Below, piece by piece: positions 45,694 to 55,413 of a stretch of 64,000 nt of DNA (position 1 is the stretch's first letter; each line of letters starts with the position of its first letter). A program made the position numbers and the translations under genes. This stretch comes from Candidatus Nanoarchaeia archaeon (lineage in GTDB: Archaea; Nanobdellota; Nanobdellia; Woesearchaeales; JANQNE01). Location: NCBI GenBank assembly GCA_028279725.1, contig JANQNE010000012.1, positions 71,348-135,347 on the forward strand, in the 5' to 3' direction. The notes under the pieces were generated by a model that did no database searches, was not told where the DNA came from, and saw only the letters and a list, made by a program, of their open reading frames with translations.

Positions 45694-46269
45694 ATGGGAT
45701 ATTTGAAATATGTAAGAGACCTTTGGAAGAAGCCAAAGGAGAGTTTGAAAGGACTTCTAACTGAGAGGATCATTAAATGGAGAAGAGAGCCGACTACTGT
45801 TAGGTTGGAGAAGCCAACAAGGATAGACAGAGCTAGATCATTGGGATATAAGGCTAAGCAGGGATTTATTGTTGTTAGGCAGAGAGTTGACAGAGGCGGA
45901 AGGATGAGGCCTAATATCACTGGCGGAAGAAGGCCAAAGCATAACAGGCAGAGCATGGTCTTAGATAAAAGCTATAAGCAGGTTGCTGAAGAAAGAGCTA
46001 GCATGAAGTTTAGGAATTGTGAAGTGCTTAACAGCTATCTTGTTGGTAAAGATGGACTGTATTATTGGTATGAAGTTATTCTTGTTGATAGAGCAAGTCC
46101 TACAATAAAAACAGATCCAAGGATAAACTGGATATGTGATAAGAAAGGAAGAGCGCAAAGAGGATTAACATCTGCTGGAAAGAAATCAAGAGGCCTAAGG
46201 AATAAGGGCAAGGGAGCAGAAAAGTTAAGGCCAAGCAGAAGCGCTAATCTTAAGAAAAGGGGAAAATAA
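45694..46269 (+). CDS. rpl15e: 50S ribosomal protein L15e
   Basis: [43 protein letters not shown]. Confidence 0.98.
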   Translation: MGYLKYVRDLWKKPKESLKGLLTERIIKWRREPTTVRLEKPTRIDRARSLGYKAKQGFIVVRQRVDRGGRMRPNITGGRRPKHNRQSMVLDKSYKQVAEERASMKFRNCEVLNSYLVGKDGLYYWYEVILVDRASPTIKTDPRINWICDKKGRAQRGLTSAGKKSRGLRNKGKGAEKLRPSRSANLKKRGK

Positions 46270-46281
46270 TTCCCTTATTTT

Positions 46282-47103
46282 TTATCCACGCGGATTCTTA
46301 AATTTATGTTTAAATAAGTAGGGAACACCAAATGCTTCTACAAAATGAGGCATTGAAACATATTTTTTGTTGTTTGTGTAGTTTCCAGAGAATATGTTTT
46401 CTTTTAATGACGAGATTATTGTTTTTCCTGATGAAAGGTTCAAGTTAGTCTCTATGTTTGATGTCCCTATTGCGTTTAATAGTCTTTTATTTCTTGCATG
46501 TATGTCTGAATCTGCAACAAGAGGGATATTATAACCGTTAGATTTCAGTGCTTTTGAGAACAGATCTGTCTTTTTGTTTACATCACTTCCACCGATAAGC
46601 TTTCTAGTTATTGGCTTGCAATAAGCATTCCATTCTAAAGCAAGATTACCTGAATAGTTTTCACATATAGCGATGACCTTGTATTCCTTTTGCTGTGATA
46701 TCTCTCTTCTTACATTTCTGTTGTCAACAAAAGGATGGTCAAATATCACCAAAGCTCCGTCTTCCAGAGCTGTGTTCATTGTCTGCATTATCTCTTGATT
46801 CGGTTTTACCCTATCAGACCCGATTATAATCAGATGAAAGTTATCTGATGTTGCAAGTTCTATGGATCTTAGAAGGTAAAGATCTTTGTCTCCTTTTGAG
46901 ACTGAAATCGCATAATTGTCAGAACCATTAAACCTGTATTTTGTCTTTTCTGCTCTTTTTTGAATATCTGGAAATATGTGCTGGTTTAGATTTTCCAGGC
47001 CAAGGATCTGTATGTCTCTTTTGTCCATAGCATCAAATACATCATCAATAGTGTAAGAATCAAAGAATGGGTGGGTGTGGAGCTCTATTTTTTGTTGTAT
47101 CAT
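46282..47103 (-). CDS. PHP-like metal-dependent hydrolase
   Basis: ELHTHP, SIE, FHLIII, DHPF, EWN, DSDIH. Confidence 0.72.
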   Translation of the reverse strand: MIQQKIELHTHPFFDSYTIDDVFDAMDKRDIQILGLENLNQHIFPDIQKRAEKTKYRFNGSDNYAISVSKGDKDLYLLRSIELATSDNFHLIIIGSDRVKPNQEIMQTMNTALEDGALVIFDHPFVDNRNVRREISQQKEYKVIAICENYSGNLALEWNAYCKPITRKLIGGSDVNKKTDLFSKALKSNGYNIPLVADSDIHARNKRLLNAIGTSNIETNLNLSSGKTIISSLKENIFSGNYTNNKKYVSMPHFVEAFGVPYLFKHKFKNPRG

Positions 47104-47123
47104 CTATCAAAACCCCAAAGATA

Positions 47124-47375
47124 TTAAAATTTATTCCATAATGTTAATCTGTCCTGAGCTTCTCCTTCATCTCTGTGAATCTTGCAGCCCATCTGATTGT
47201 TGATCTCTGTCTTATAATCTTCATCCATAGGGTCCCGGTAGTTTGTATTTTCTGGTTTTTCCTCTACAGGTGCATCTTCTGTCTTTTCTTCAAGTTCTTC
47301 CTGCTTTTCAGACTGTTCAGTATCTTCAACATCTATTGTGTCTGTGAGCATTGAAGCTATTGAGTCAAGATTCAT
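47124..47375 (-). CDS. Small acidic hypothetical protein
   Basis: GAGGT RBS upstream; E/D-rich ORF. Confidence 0.6.
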   Translation of the reverse strand: MNLDSIASMLTDTIDVEDTEQSEKQEELEEKTEDAPVEEKPENTNYRDPMDEDYKTEINNQMGCKIHRDEGEAQDRLTLWNKF

Positions 47376-47471
47376 TTTAGTGATTACCTCTAACTAAAGT
47401 ATAAGAACAATATTTTTACTAACTTCATACCGAATGATATTGTCAGTAGCATTTTTTGATCACCTTCTTTA

Positions 47472-47521
47472 CAAAAATTTGAAATTTTTGACAGTGTTAG
47501 AAATCAGAGATTTCTAAACAC
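47472..47521. repeat. Tandem palindrome (REP-like) element
   Basis: CAAAAATTT-G-AAATTTTTG then GTGTTAGAAATC-AGA-GATTTCTAAACAC. Same design as 62454..62511. Confidence 0.6.
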
Positions 47522-47752
47522 CTTTTTGGAAAAAATTGAACGCCCAGGAGATTTCTCGAGGGGGATGGGATGAGAATAAACACCCCTGGGTAGAAGCATA
47601 ATTGCTTCTTTTGTGTTCTTACTAATAGGTAATGAATACTAATATATAAATATTTCGTTTTTTTCGTCACTTTTAGGTAGTTATAGTATTTATTTTCTAT
47701 ATTGTAAATAAAGAAGGAAAAATTTATAAATATCGAATGTATTTGGTGTGAT

Positions 47753-47893
47753 ATGAAGAAATTCAGATGTTCAAAATGTGAGTATGAGTTCTCGCCTAGG
47801 ACTAAGGGTAAAGAAGAGATTCCTCACAGATGTCCTTACTGCGGAAAAGATGGAAGTGTTCAGGAAAAAGGACATATTCTTCAAGAATTATAA
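47753..47893 (+). CDS. Small zinc-ribbon protein (46 aa)
   Basis: MKKFRCSKCEYEF...RCPYCGK, preceded by TATA and GGTG. Below the ORF-track cutoff. Confidence 0.75.
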   Translation: MKKFRCSKCEYEFSPRTKGKEEIPHRCPYCGKDGSVQEKGHILQEL

Positions 47894-48059
47894 AACAGAG
47901 GGATTTTGCCGGATCCGTAGAGCGTTCTATATTTCAAAAACGACTAAAGATTTGCGACAAAACCACCCCTCAGAGTGTATTCTTTGATTTAGAAATATAT
48001 AAAATTATGGGAAGACCTTAAAAAGAGAAATTTTGCCTACTTTAGAGGATTGAAAACCA

Positions 48060-49109
48060 CTACTTTTCCCTGTTGATTGTGTAATCCAGAATCTCTTTGA
48101 ATATTCTTTTGTAGTCTGAATCTGGAAGAGCCCTGTCTACTTTTTGTTTTGCTTCATCAATCAAATAATGGGCGAACTGCATACCTTCATCAAAGGATCC
48201 ATACTTGTCTATTATCGAGATCGCTCTTTTAATCTCTTCTTCATCTTTTGTGTTTGAATTGAGGATATCTGTAAGTGTTTTTTTATCATCTGGGTCTGCT
48301 TTATTTAATGTGTCAATTGCAAAAAAGGTTGCTTTTCCTTCTGTGATGTCTTCTCCTGTCTCTTTACCCCAGACTCCTTCAGTTGGTTTTAGGTTAAGGT
48401 AATCATCTCTTATCTGGAATCCCATGCCTGCGTTTGTTGCAATGGTTCCAAGATTGTCCAACACTTGGCTGTCTGCATCTGCTAAGATTCCTCCTATCTT
48501 TGCTGCAATAGTCATAAGCGCTCCTGTCTTGTAAGCACACATCTGAAGATAGTCTGCTAACTTAACATCTTGATTTGGATTTTCACTCCAGTCTATATCC
48601 ATACCCTGACCCATATGGACCTGAGTTCCTTCTCTAGCGATAACATCATACATCTTTGCTTTTTTTTCGCAAGGAAGATCACTGTTTGCTATCATCAATT
48701 GAGGATAGAAGTAAAGGAAGTTTCCTCCGTTTACTGCGATAGGAATTCCTATAAGCTTGTGGACTGTTGGCTTTTCTCTTCTTTTCTCAGAACTGTCTTC
48801 TATATCATCAATTATCAGAGTTCCTGTGTGTATTATTTCAGGGATTGCTGAGAATTTGTATATATCTTCTGAAGTTCCTGCTAAAGCATCGTGAGTTAGA
48901 CAAGTAATAACAGGTCTTATCCTTTTTCCTCCTCTTCTGAAAAGTTCATAGAATGATTTAGAACAAGCAGTATTCCATGTGTCTGGGCTTATAGAATACC
49001 TTGCATTGCCTATGTTGTTCTCAACCCATATTTGATCAGCATGTTCTGGAAGATTATCTTTAATAGCTTCTTTTATCTTCGGCAAAACCTGCTCCATATA
49101 CCTCCTCAT
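48060..49109 (-). CDS. Polyprenyl diphosphate synthase (GGPP synthase-like)
   Basis: GGKRIRP, TLIIDDIED..RR, GQGMD, YKTG, FQIRDD, GEDITEGK. Confidence 0.95.
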   Translation of the reverse strand: MRRYMEQVLPKIKEAIKDNLPEHADQIWVENNIGNARYSISPDTWNTACSKSFYELFRRGGKRIRPVITCLTHDALAGTSEDIYKFSAIPEIIHTGTLIIDDIEDSSEKRREKPTVHKLIGIPIAVNGGNFLYFYPQLMIANSDLPCEKKAKMYDVIAREGTQVHMGQGMDIDWSENPNQDVKLADYLQMCAYKTGALMTIAAKIGGILADADSQVLDNLGTIATNAGMGFQIRDDYLNLKPTEGVWGKETGEDITEGKATFFAIDTLNKADPDDKKTLTDILNSNTKDEEEIKRAISIIDKYGSFDEGMQFAHYLIDEAKQKVDRALPDSDYKRIFKEILDYTINREK

Positions 49110-49151
49110 ACCATTCTAGAATAGTAAATTCTATATAAATTTAACTGAGAA

Positions 49152-49316
49152 TTACTTTGCTAAATAAGGGATTCCTTTGTATGCTATGATTCCTGAGATT
49201 ATAGCTATGCTCCAGAAGGCTGCAGCTGGTATCCTTCTTGTTACATAAAGAAAAAAAGAAGCTATCAAAAGAACTGCGCATGCTGATGCTAATGTTTTAA
49301 GATGTTGAGGTTTCAT
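49152..49316 (-). CDS. Small 2-TM membrane protein
   Basis: MKPQHLK... 54 aa, ATGA overlap with the PspC-domain gene. Confidence 0.6.
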   Translation of the reverse strand: MKPQHLKTLASACAVLLIASFFLYVTRRIPAAAFWSIAIISGIIAYKGIPYLAK

Positions 49317-49522
49317 CTTTTTTCCGGAATGACTGCTGCGCAGATGAAGTATGCAATTGTTCCTGGGAGCACTCCAGTGAATATTGTTCCAAGGATCCAT
49401 ATAACTCTTATGATTACAGGATCTATGTTGAAGTATTCTCCGATACCTCCGCAAACTCCAAGCAAAACCCTGTTTTTCTTGCTCCTGTATAATCTTTTTT
49501 CATTTTTTGTCAATCTTACCAC
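49313..49522 (-). CDS. pspC: PspC-domain protein
   Basis: KRLYRS..NRVLLGVCGGIGEYFNIDPVIIR. Confidence 0.9.
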   Translation of the reverse strand: MVRLTKNEKRLYRSKKNRVLLGVCGGIGEYFNIDPVIIRVIWILGTIFTGVLPGTIAYFICAAVIPEKR

Positions 49523-50150
49523 CCAATTTCTGAAATTGTTTGTATGAATATATGATTATTACAACTATTGTTGTTATTAAGATTATTAACAGATACCAGA
49601 CAAACCAGATTGGCTTTAGCAATGCTGCCAACATAAGGACTGCTGATACTCTGAAGAGTATGCTTGCCAACTTATGTGTCTTATTCCATACTTTTTCATT
49701 GCTCAGTGTCCATGGTGTCCTTATGCCGATAAAGAAGTTTCTTTTGAAGAACTGCATTATGTGGCCTATATAGTAGAACAGTATTGCCAGAACAATTATC
49801 ATAAACATAGTTATGTTTAATTTTATCCCGAAGTTTATGAGAAGTGTTATTATATATAGTGAAGCTAAGAAAGAGATCATTATGATCTTGAATCCGTGAT
49901 AGTATTTCTCGAATTTCCTGAAATTATCCTTATATACCATTACTTTTGGAATGAATAAGAATGCCCAGTACATGAAAGCTACTACAAGAGGCATTATCAA
50001 TAAGCCTACAAATTTCGGGCCATAACTGTCTATCTCACCTTTAGTGTTCCAGTGTATAGGCATACGGTCAGGCATAGAAGGATATAATGTGATACCTACT
50101 ATGAACATTAACACTATAATTGAAATTGGTAAAATCTCTCTTTTTTCCAT
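49500..50150 (-). CDS. SdpI/DUF1648-family membrane protein
   Basis: MPDRMPIHW..GEID, NFFIGIRTPWTLSNEKVWNKTH. Confidence 0.92.
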   Translation of the reverse strand: MEKREILPISIIVLMFIVGITLYPSMPDRMPIHWNTKGEIDSYGPKFVGLLIMPLVVAFMYWAFLFIPKVMVYKDNFRKFEKYYHGFKIIMISFLASLYIITLLINFGIKLNITMFMIIVLAILFYYIGHIMQFFKRNFFIGIRTPWTLSNEKVWNKTHKLASILFRVSAVLMLAALLKPIWFVWYLLIILITTIVVIIIYSYKQFQKLGGKIDKK

Positions 50151-50166
50151 ATTAAATAAAAAAGAA

Positions 50167-50313
50167 TTATTTATTTGGTAAGAATTTACAGACAGTTGTG
50201 CCGCATGACGGGCATTTGCCTTTCATCATCTTTCTTCCATTCTTTGTTGTTGTCTCTTTTCCATCTGCAATCTCAACAGATGCTTTACATTTTACGCAAT
50301 AACCTTGTACCAT
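50167..50313 (-). CDS. Small zinc-binding protein (DUF5679-like, 48 aa)
   Basis: MVQGYCVKCK...TKNGRKMMKGKCPSCGT with an AGGAGGT RBS. Not in the ORF track. Confidence 0.82.
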   Translation of the reverse strand: MVQGYCVKCKASVEIADGKETTTKNGRKMMKGKCPSCGTTVCKFLPNK

Positions 50314-50373
50314 TTTGAATACCTCCTTTGATGTATGAATAAAAAATGGTTTAAGAGTATATAAATATTGTGG

Positions 50374-51243
50374 TTAATTTGTGTGATTTTGCTTTAAAAT
50401 CAATATCAGAGAACTTACTAAAATCAATAATCCTCCAATAATTTTTGGTATTGTTAGAACTTCATTTAGGATGAAGTATGCTGCAAGAACTGTTATGACA
50501 ACTTCTAAAAGCATGATGATGCTTGTTCTTGATGCTTCTATTTTTCTTGCTCCATAGTAGAATGATAGCAGAGCTAAGTAAGAGAAAAGTATAACATAAA
50601 TCAATACCAATGGAAGCTGAGTTAGACTAGTTAGGGTGTAGCTATGTGGAAGCAAGAAAGCTGCAACTACTGTGCTTACTGAAAAGTTCCAGAAATATAT
50701 AGTGAATTGTGATTCTTTCTGCAGCCTTCTTGTAGCTATGATCATCATAGCATAAGTTACTGCTGAGATTACTGCTAAGATGTTTCCCCAGTTTGTGAGA
50801 TCTAATCCGTTTGAGATAAGTTTTACATTGAATACTAAAGAGATCCCTATGATTGAAATGACTAACGCAAGGAATTTCCATTTTGTTATCTTTTCTTTTA
50901 ACAGGAATATTGCTATAAGGAATGCGAAGATCGGCATAGTATAATGTAAGAATACTGCATTTGTGACGGTTGTGAATTTGAAAGCGTATAAGTAAGAATA
51001 ACCTGTGAGATTACCAAAGACTGCTACTGTTAAAAACCATTTCAGATCCTGTTTTTTTGGTTTGAAGTTTATGTGTTTCCTGTTGAATAAAAGAACCAGC
51101 AAAGTTCCTATCGCTACAGAGAAGAAAGTAACAGTTATTACACTAATACCTGTTGCATAGATTGTCTTTAACAGAACACCCCCAAAACCCCAGATAACTG
51201 CTGAGAGGATTATTGCTAATGTTCCTTTTGTTGTGTCTTTCAT
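50374..51243 (-). CDS. EamA/DMT-family transporter
   Basis: About 10 TM helices; IWG, YTMPIF, LLKEKI, LLEVV motifs. Confidence 0.93.
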   Translation of the reverse strand: MKDTTKGTLAIILSAVIWGFGGVLLKTIYATGISVITVTFFSVAIGTLLVLLFNRKHINFKPKKQDLKWFLTVAVFGNLTGYSYLYAFKFTTVTNAVFLHYTMPIFAFLIAIFLLKEKITKWKFLALVISIIGISLVFNVKLISNGLDLTNWGNILAVISAVTYAMMIIATRRLQKESQFTIYFWNFSVSTVVAAFLLPHSYTLTSLTQLPLVLIYVILFSYLALLSFYYGARKIEASRTSIIMLLEVVITVLAAYFILNEVLTIPKIIGGLLILVSSLILILKQNHTN

Positions 51244-51244
51244 C

Positions 51245-51709
51245 TTAGTAAGCTGGCTGTAAAATTGCTTTTAATCTTTCTTTTTCTGGCTTTATTGTTC
51301 TTCCTGGATGCGAGATTATACGGAAATGTCCATTTGGCAGATGCACTGATCTCTTTGGGCAATAAAGTCCATGGACATAATCTAGAACTTCACGATCATT
51401 AAATCTTTGAGGTATCTTCCTGAATCCTGCAGAACAATCAAAGGCATATGTCCATGCTTTTCCGTCTCTGTCCTGGAGAATAAGTTCATCTTTATCATAT
51501 CCCAATGTGCTTTCCAGGCCTGCTAATTCTGGAAGTGCTATTTCTGGGTTTCTGTATCTTACATTATGGATTATCGCTTGTGATGTATACTTAGGATCAG
51601 CATTATTTAGCATGTCCTCTACAGAAGTGAAATGCCTTAATGGTGTTATATTGAATTCTCCTTCACGTATGATGGAGTATAATGCTTTTGCGATGTCTCT
51701 TATTTTCAT
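51245..51709 (-). CDS. Hypothetical protein
   Basis: ORF abutting the EamA gene; no recognisable motif. Confidence 0.6.
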   Translation of the reverse strand: MKIRDIAKALYSIIREGEFNITPLRHFTSVEDMLNNADPKYTSQAIIHNVRYRNPEIALPELAGLESTLGYDKDELILQDRDGKAWTYAFDCSAGFRKIPQRFNDREVLDYVHGLYCPKRSVHLPNGHFRIISHPGRTIKPEKERLKAILQPAY

Positions 51710-51800
51710 CTTAGCCTGTTAAATGGTTATCTCTCTTTTTATAAAGATTGTTGTTTTGAAAATAAAAAGATTTATAATAAAGGAAATGAATCGGTATATT

Positions 51801-52814
51801 ATGGGTTTTTGGAGAAAATATCACGAGATGTTCACTAAGAAAAAGAGATATAATGTGGACGGAAGGAAGCTGATCGTATTTGATGAGAGTAAGGCAGATG
51901 ATGAAATAAAAAATATAATCAGAGAGTCTTTCTTAGAAGTGTGTAAAAATGATAAGATAGCCAAGAACTTTAGGGTGATAAAGCTAGTGATGCAGGATAA
52001 ATTTGTCGGAATGACGACATTTGGTCCTACACCTGTTTTCCATAGAGGGAATGATGTTTCTCCTGCTATGCTGTTCCATGAGGAATTAAGACAAAATGAA
52101 AAGATGATACATATAAACATACCTAAACTGGAGGAGTTGTTCAGGTATAACTATCATGGCAGTGCATCATTTATGAAAAAGAAAATATGCAGTATCATAG
52201 CTCATGAATTGGCACATATATGGAATTTTTATGTATCTAATATATTATCTAATGGAAGAAAGATTAGTGGAAGATTATCTAATAGAATATCTAGATTAAT
52301 GAAATCTGTTCATATATCTAATGAACAAAAGGAGAATCTTGAAGCTCTTAGAGTCCATATCCATAATTTCAAAGTAGCTATAATGGATGAAGGGCTAGCA
52401 AAATACTATGAACTTGCTTCTCAGAAAGAATTGCCATTTGAAAAATCAAAATTTGATGAGTTATATGTAAAAGCGAAGAATGTATCTGGTGATCTGAAAT
52501 ATATGTGGGGCCATTATATGGGTGGAGATAAGTGGTTTGAAAGTAAATTGTTCTCAGCTATAACTGGGAGAACTGGATTATATCACCATATCGGAATCCA
52601 TGTCGTATACACAATACTATATGCTGACCAGAAGATATCGCTTGATGAAATAAGGAAGATGAGTTATTTTAAGTTTATCAAGAAGTATGAATCGTGCGTT
52701 AAAAAAGAAGGTCAGCAGCCTGTTGTTTCTTTGACAAGCGGAAAAGGAATACTTGATTATAAGAGAATGTTAGATCAGCTGATGAAACTGTATAATTCTT
52801 TGGTTAGAAAATAG
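51801..52814 (+). CDS. Putative zinc metallopeptidase (gluzincin-type HEXXH)
   Basis: IAHELAHIW and downstream MDEGLAKYYE. Start uncertain (51786 or 51801). Confidence 0.65.
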   Translation: MGFWRKYHEMFTKKKRYNVDGRKLIVFDESKADDEIKNIIRESFLEVCKNDKIAKNFRVIKLVMQDKFVGMTTFGPTPVFHRGNDVSPAMLFHEELRQNEKMIHINIPKLEELFRYNYHGSASFMKKKICSIIAHELAHIWNFYVSNILSNGRKISGRLSNRISRLMKSVHISNEQKENLEALRVHIHNFKVAIMDEGLAKYYELASQKELPFEKSKFDELYVKAKNVSGDLKYMWGHYMGGDKWFESKLFSAITGRTGLYHHIGIHVVYTILYADQKISLDEIRKMSYFKFIKKYESCVKKEGQQPVVSLTSGKGILDYKRMLDQLMKLYNSLVRK

Positions 52815-52884
52815 CCCCACCCGGATTCGAACCGAGGTCCTTTGGCCCAGAACCAAAGATGATTGGCCACTACACTATGGGGCT
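52812..52884 (-). tRNA. tRNA-Gln(CTG), intronless, CCA not encoded
   Basis: AGCCCCA/TGGGGCT acceptor (A1:U72), anticodon arm TTTGG-TTCTGGG-CCAAA, T-loop TTCGAAT. Confidence 0.95.
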
Positions 52885-53030
52885 GTCTGTGACTGGGAGA
52901 AATCGATGGTTTATAAAATGTCTGAATTTTTAAAGGAAAAATTCTGAGCATGCTCAAGAATTAGGGAATTATATGTAAAATAGCTGTTCTTGACACTTTA
53001 GAATTGGAAAAATAAAAAATAAAGAAGAGC

Positions 53031-53297
53031 TTATCTCTTCTTCTTTTTCTTAGCTTTTTTCTTCCTTCCTCCTCTTGCCATCTTAGCACAGGAGATATCT
53101 CCTTTCTTGTCTATGAAGTACAGGAAGCCTTTCTTTTTCTTGATACCAACTTTAGCTACGACCTTGATCTTTGCTTTTCCTTTCTTCTTTCCGCCGCCTC
53201 TTGACATCTTAGCGCAAGCAACGTTTCCTTTCTTATCTACAAAATATAGAAATCCTTCTTCTTTTTCTACACCTACTTTTGCAACTTTTTCAGCCAT
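53031..53297 (-). CDS. Small, very basic two-repeat protein (candidate nucleic-acid binder)
   Basis: Two repeats VAKVG..K..GFLYF(V/I)DKKG...CAKM.RGG, each followed by a poly-Lys tract. Confidence 0.8.
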   Translation of the reverse strand: MAEKVAKVGVEKEEGFLYFVDKKGNVACAKMSRGGGKKKGKAKIKVVAKVGIKKKKGFLYFIDKKGDISCAKMARGGRKKKAKKKKKR

Positions 53298-53564
53298 TTT
53301 GCTTAACCCCCTCTTTAGTTTTTATGTAAGAATAAGACATCATTTATCGTCTTACCTATGGTCGATAAAGGATAAGGTGGTATATAAACTTTTTGTTTCT
53401 TCTCCTCGGTGAACTCAAAATCTCTTGACGCAGATAGCACGCTCCGCTCGCTTATTTTTTAGATAATTCATCAGATTTATTTTTAACCTAAGTATGCCTC
53501 ATAGCTACGCTTGGTGCTATCTGCAATCACAATGTTTTTATAGAGATTGAGGTTGACAGCTGAT

Positions 53565-54776
53565 ATGAAAAAAGTAGAACTTATGAGTCCTGCAGGAGAC
53601 TGGGCATCTTTGAGAGCAGCTATTGATTCAGGAGCTGATGCAGTCTATCTTGGAATTAAAGGAATAAATATGAGGGCTGCTGCAAAGAATTTTGTTCTTG
53701 AAGATCTTAAAGAGATAGTTAAGATATGCCATGCTGATAAGGTTAAGGTTTATCTGACCTTGAATACTATAATATATGAGAAAGAACTTTCTGATATTAA
53801 GAAAATACTGAAAGAATGTAAGAAGGAAAAGGTTGATGCTGTTATCGCCTGGGATTTTTCTGTTATTTCAGAATGCAAGAAGATGAAGATCCCTGTTATT
53901 GTCAGTACACAGGCGTCTGTGTCAAATTCTGAGAGTGCAAAATATTTCAAGAAGCTAGGAGCTAAAAGGATCACTTTGGCAAGAGAATGCAGTCTTGCTG
54001 ATGTTAAAGAGATAAAGAAGAAAGCTAAGGTTGAGATTGAAGTTTTTGTGCATGGAGCTATGTGTGTAAGTGTTTCTGGAAGATGTTTCTTATCACAGGA
54101 AATGTTTGGGAAGTCTGCAAACAGGGGAGAATGTATTCAGCCGTGCAGAAGAGAATATATGGTCGAGGAAATTGAGGAAAGGAGAAAGTTAAAAGTTGGA
54201 AATCATTATGTTCTTTCTCCTAAAGACCTTTGCTGCCTGCCTTTTGTCGATGAGTTGATTGATGCTGGAGTTGATGGATTTAAGATAGAGGGAAGGAATA
54301 GAAGCCCTGAATATGTGAAAGTTGTTACATCCTGTTATAGGGAAGCTGTTGATGCTTGTTATGATGGAAGTTTTGATGAGAAGCTGAAGAAAAGACTAGT
54401 TGAGAAACTGAAGAAAGTATATAATAGAGGATTCAGCTCTGGTTTTTATTTCGGGATGCCTACTAAAAAAGATTTTACAGATGCTTATGGAAGCAAAGCT
54501 ACAACAAGAAAAGAGTATGTAGGCTATATCAAGAATTTTTATGGGAAGATAGGTGTTGCTGAGATTGTTATTGAGAGTTGTGGATTAGAGGTTGGAGATA
54601 ATATATTAGTTATAGGAAATGCCACTGGTGTTTTTGAGAACAAAGTTGATTCTATAGAAGTTGATCATAAGAAAATCAGGAAAGCTGGGAAGAAAAAAAG
54701 GGTTGCATTAAAGTTAAGCAAGAAAGCCAGAATAAATGATAAAGTGTATAAAATAAAAATGCCACAGAAACGTTAA
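53565..54776 (+). CDS. Peptidase U32-family protein (TrhP/RlhA-like RNA hydroxylation)
   Basis: ELMSPAG, GADAVYLG, EVFVHGAMC.SVSGRC, NRGECIQPCR, FKIEGR. Confidence 0.93.
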   Translation: MKKVELMSPAGDWASLRAAIDSGADAVYLGIKGINMRAAAKNFVLEDLKEIVKICHADKVKVYLTLNTIIYEKELSDIKKILKECKKEKVDAVIAWDFSVISECKKMKIPVIVSTQASVSNSESAKYFKKLGAKRITLARECSLADVKEIKKKAKVEIEVFVHGAMCVSVSGRCFLSQEMFGKSANRGECIQPCRREYMVEEIEERRKLKVGNHYVLSPKDLCCLPFVDELIDAGVDGFKIEGRNRSPEYVKVVTSCYREAVDACYDGSFDEKLKKRLVEKLKKVYNRGFSSGFYFGMPTKKDFTDAYGSKATTRKEYVGYIKNFYGKIGVAEIVIESCGLEVGDNILVIGNATGVFENKVDSIEVDHKKIRKAGKKKRVALKLSKKARINDKVYKIKMPQKR

Positions 54777-54818
54777 GTTTCTGCGGAAAAGAAAGGCCCA
54801 AAGCTCGGAGGAGTATGA

Positions 54819-55119
54819 TTAATTGAACATATCATAATCTAAAAGATCATCGTTGTCAAAATCATCTTCGAAAACCTTTTCCCTTATAACCTCAATTCTA
54901 GCGTTTCCTTTATTGAAGACAAAACGCTCCCACTCAAGGTTAGGATCCATAACACCACCCCACATTTTTTTACGATGCTTCGTAAATGTACCACTTTTTT
55001 ATATCAAAAGGATCAAACAATTCTTCTGGAATAATAGCTTCACCCTCATCAACAGATACATACAGCCTGTTTTTTGAGTTGTCTTCTAAAATCATATCTA
55101 TTACCAAATCTTTCATCAT
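54819..55119 (-). pseudogene. Probable ~99-aa acidic ORF broken by one extra A in a homopolymer (or two tiny ORFs)
   Basis: MMKDLVID...FDIK stops at 54970. Removing one base from the T6 at 54995-55000 gives continuous ...SGTFTKHRKKMWGG...DYDMFN*. Confidence 0.45.
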
Positions 55120-55413
55120 CCCAGCCCCCACTGATTGTTTTATATAATTTTATCTAAAACTATAATTAAATTGGTTTTGTTATATAAATAAGTATTTAGT
55201 GGAATATACGTTTTTGCCTAAAAATAATGATGTTTTTTTCTTCTTATCTGGTTTCTAAATTGATATTTAGCAGTTTTAATTTATATAAATTCTATAAAGT
55301 GCGGTATAATTGTCATTATGGGGTAATTCGAGGCTTATTTTGTGGTTTATTTTGATTTTTTTGTGTAATTTACCGCAAAACTTATATAATAAATGCTCCA
55401 TTTACTGATTAAA

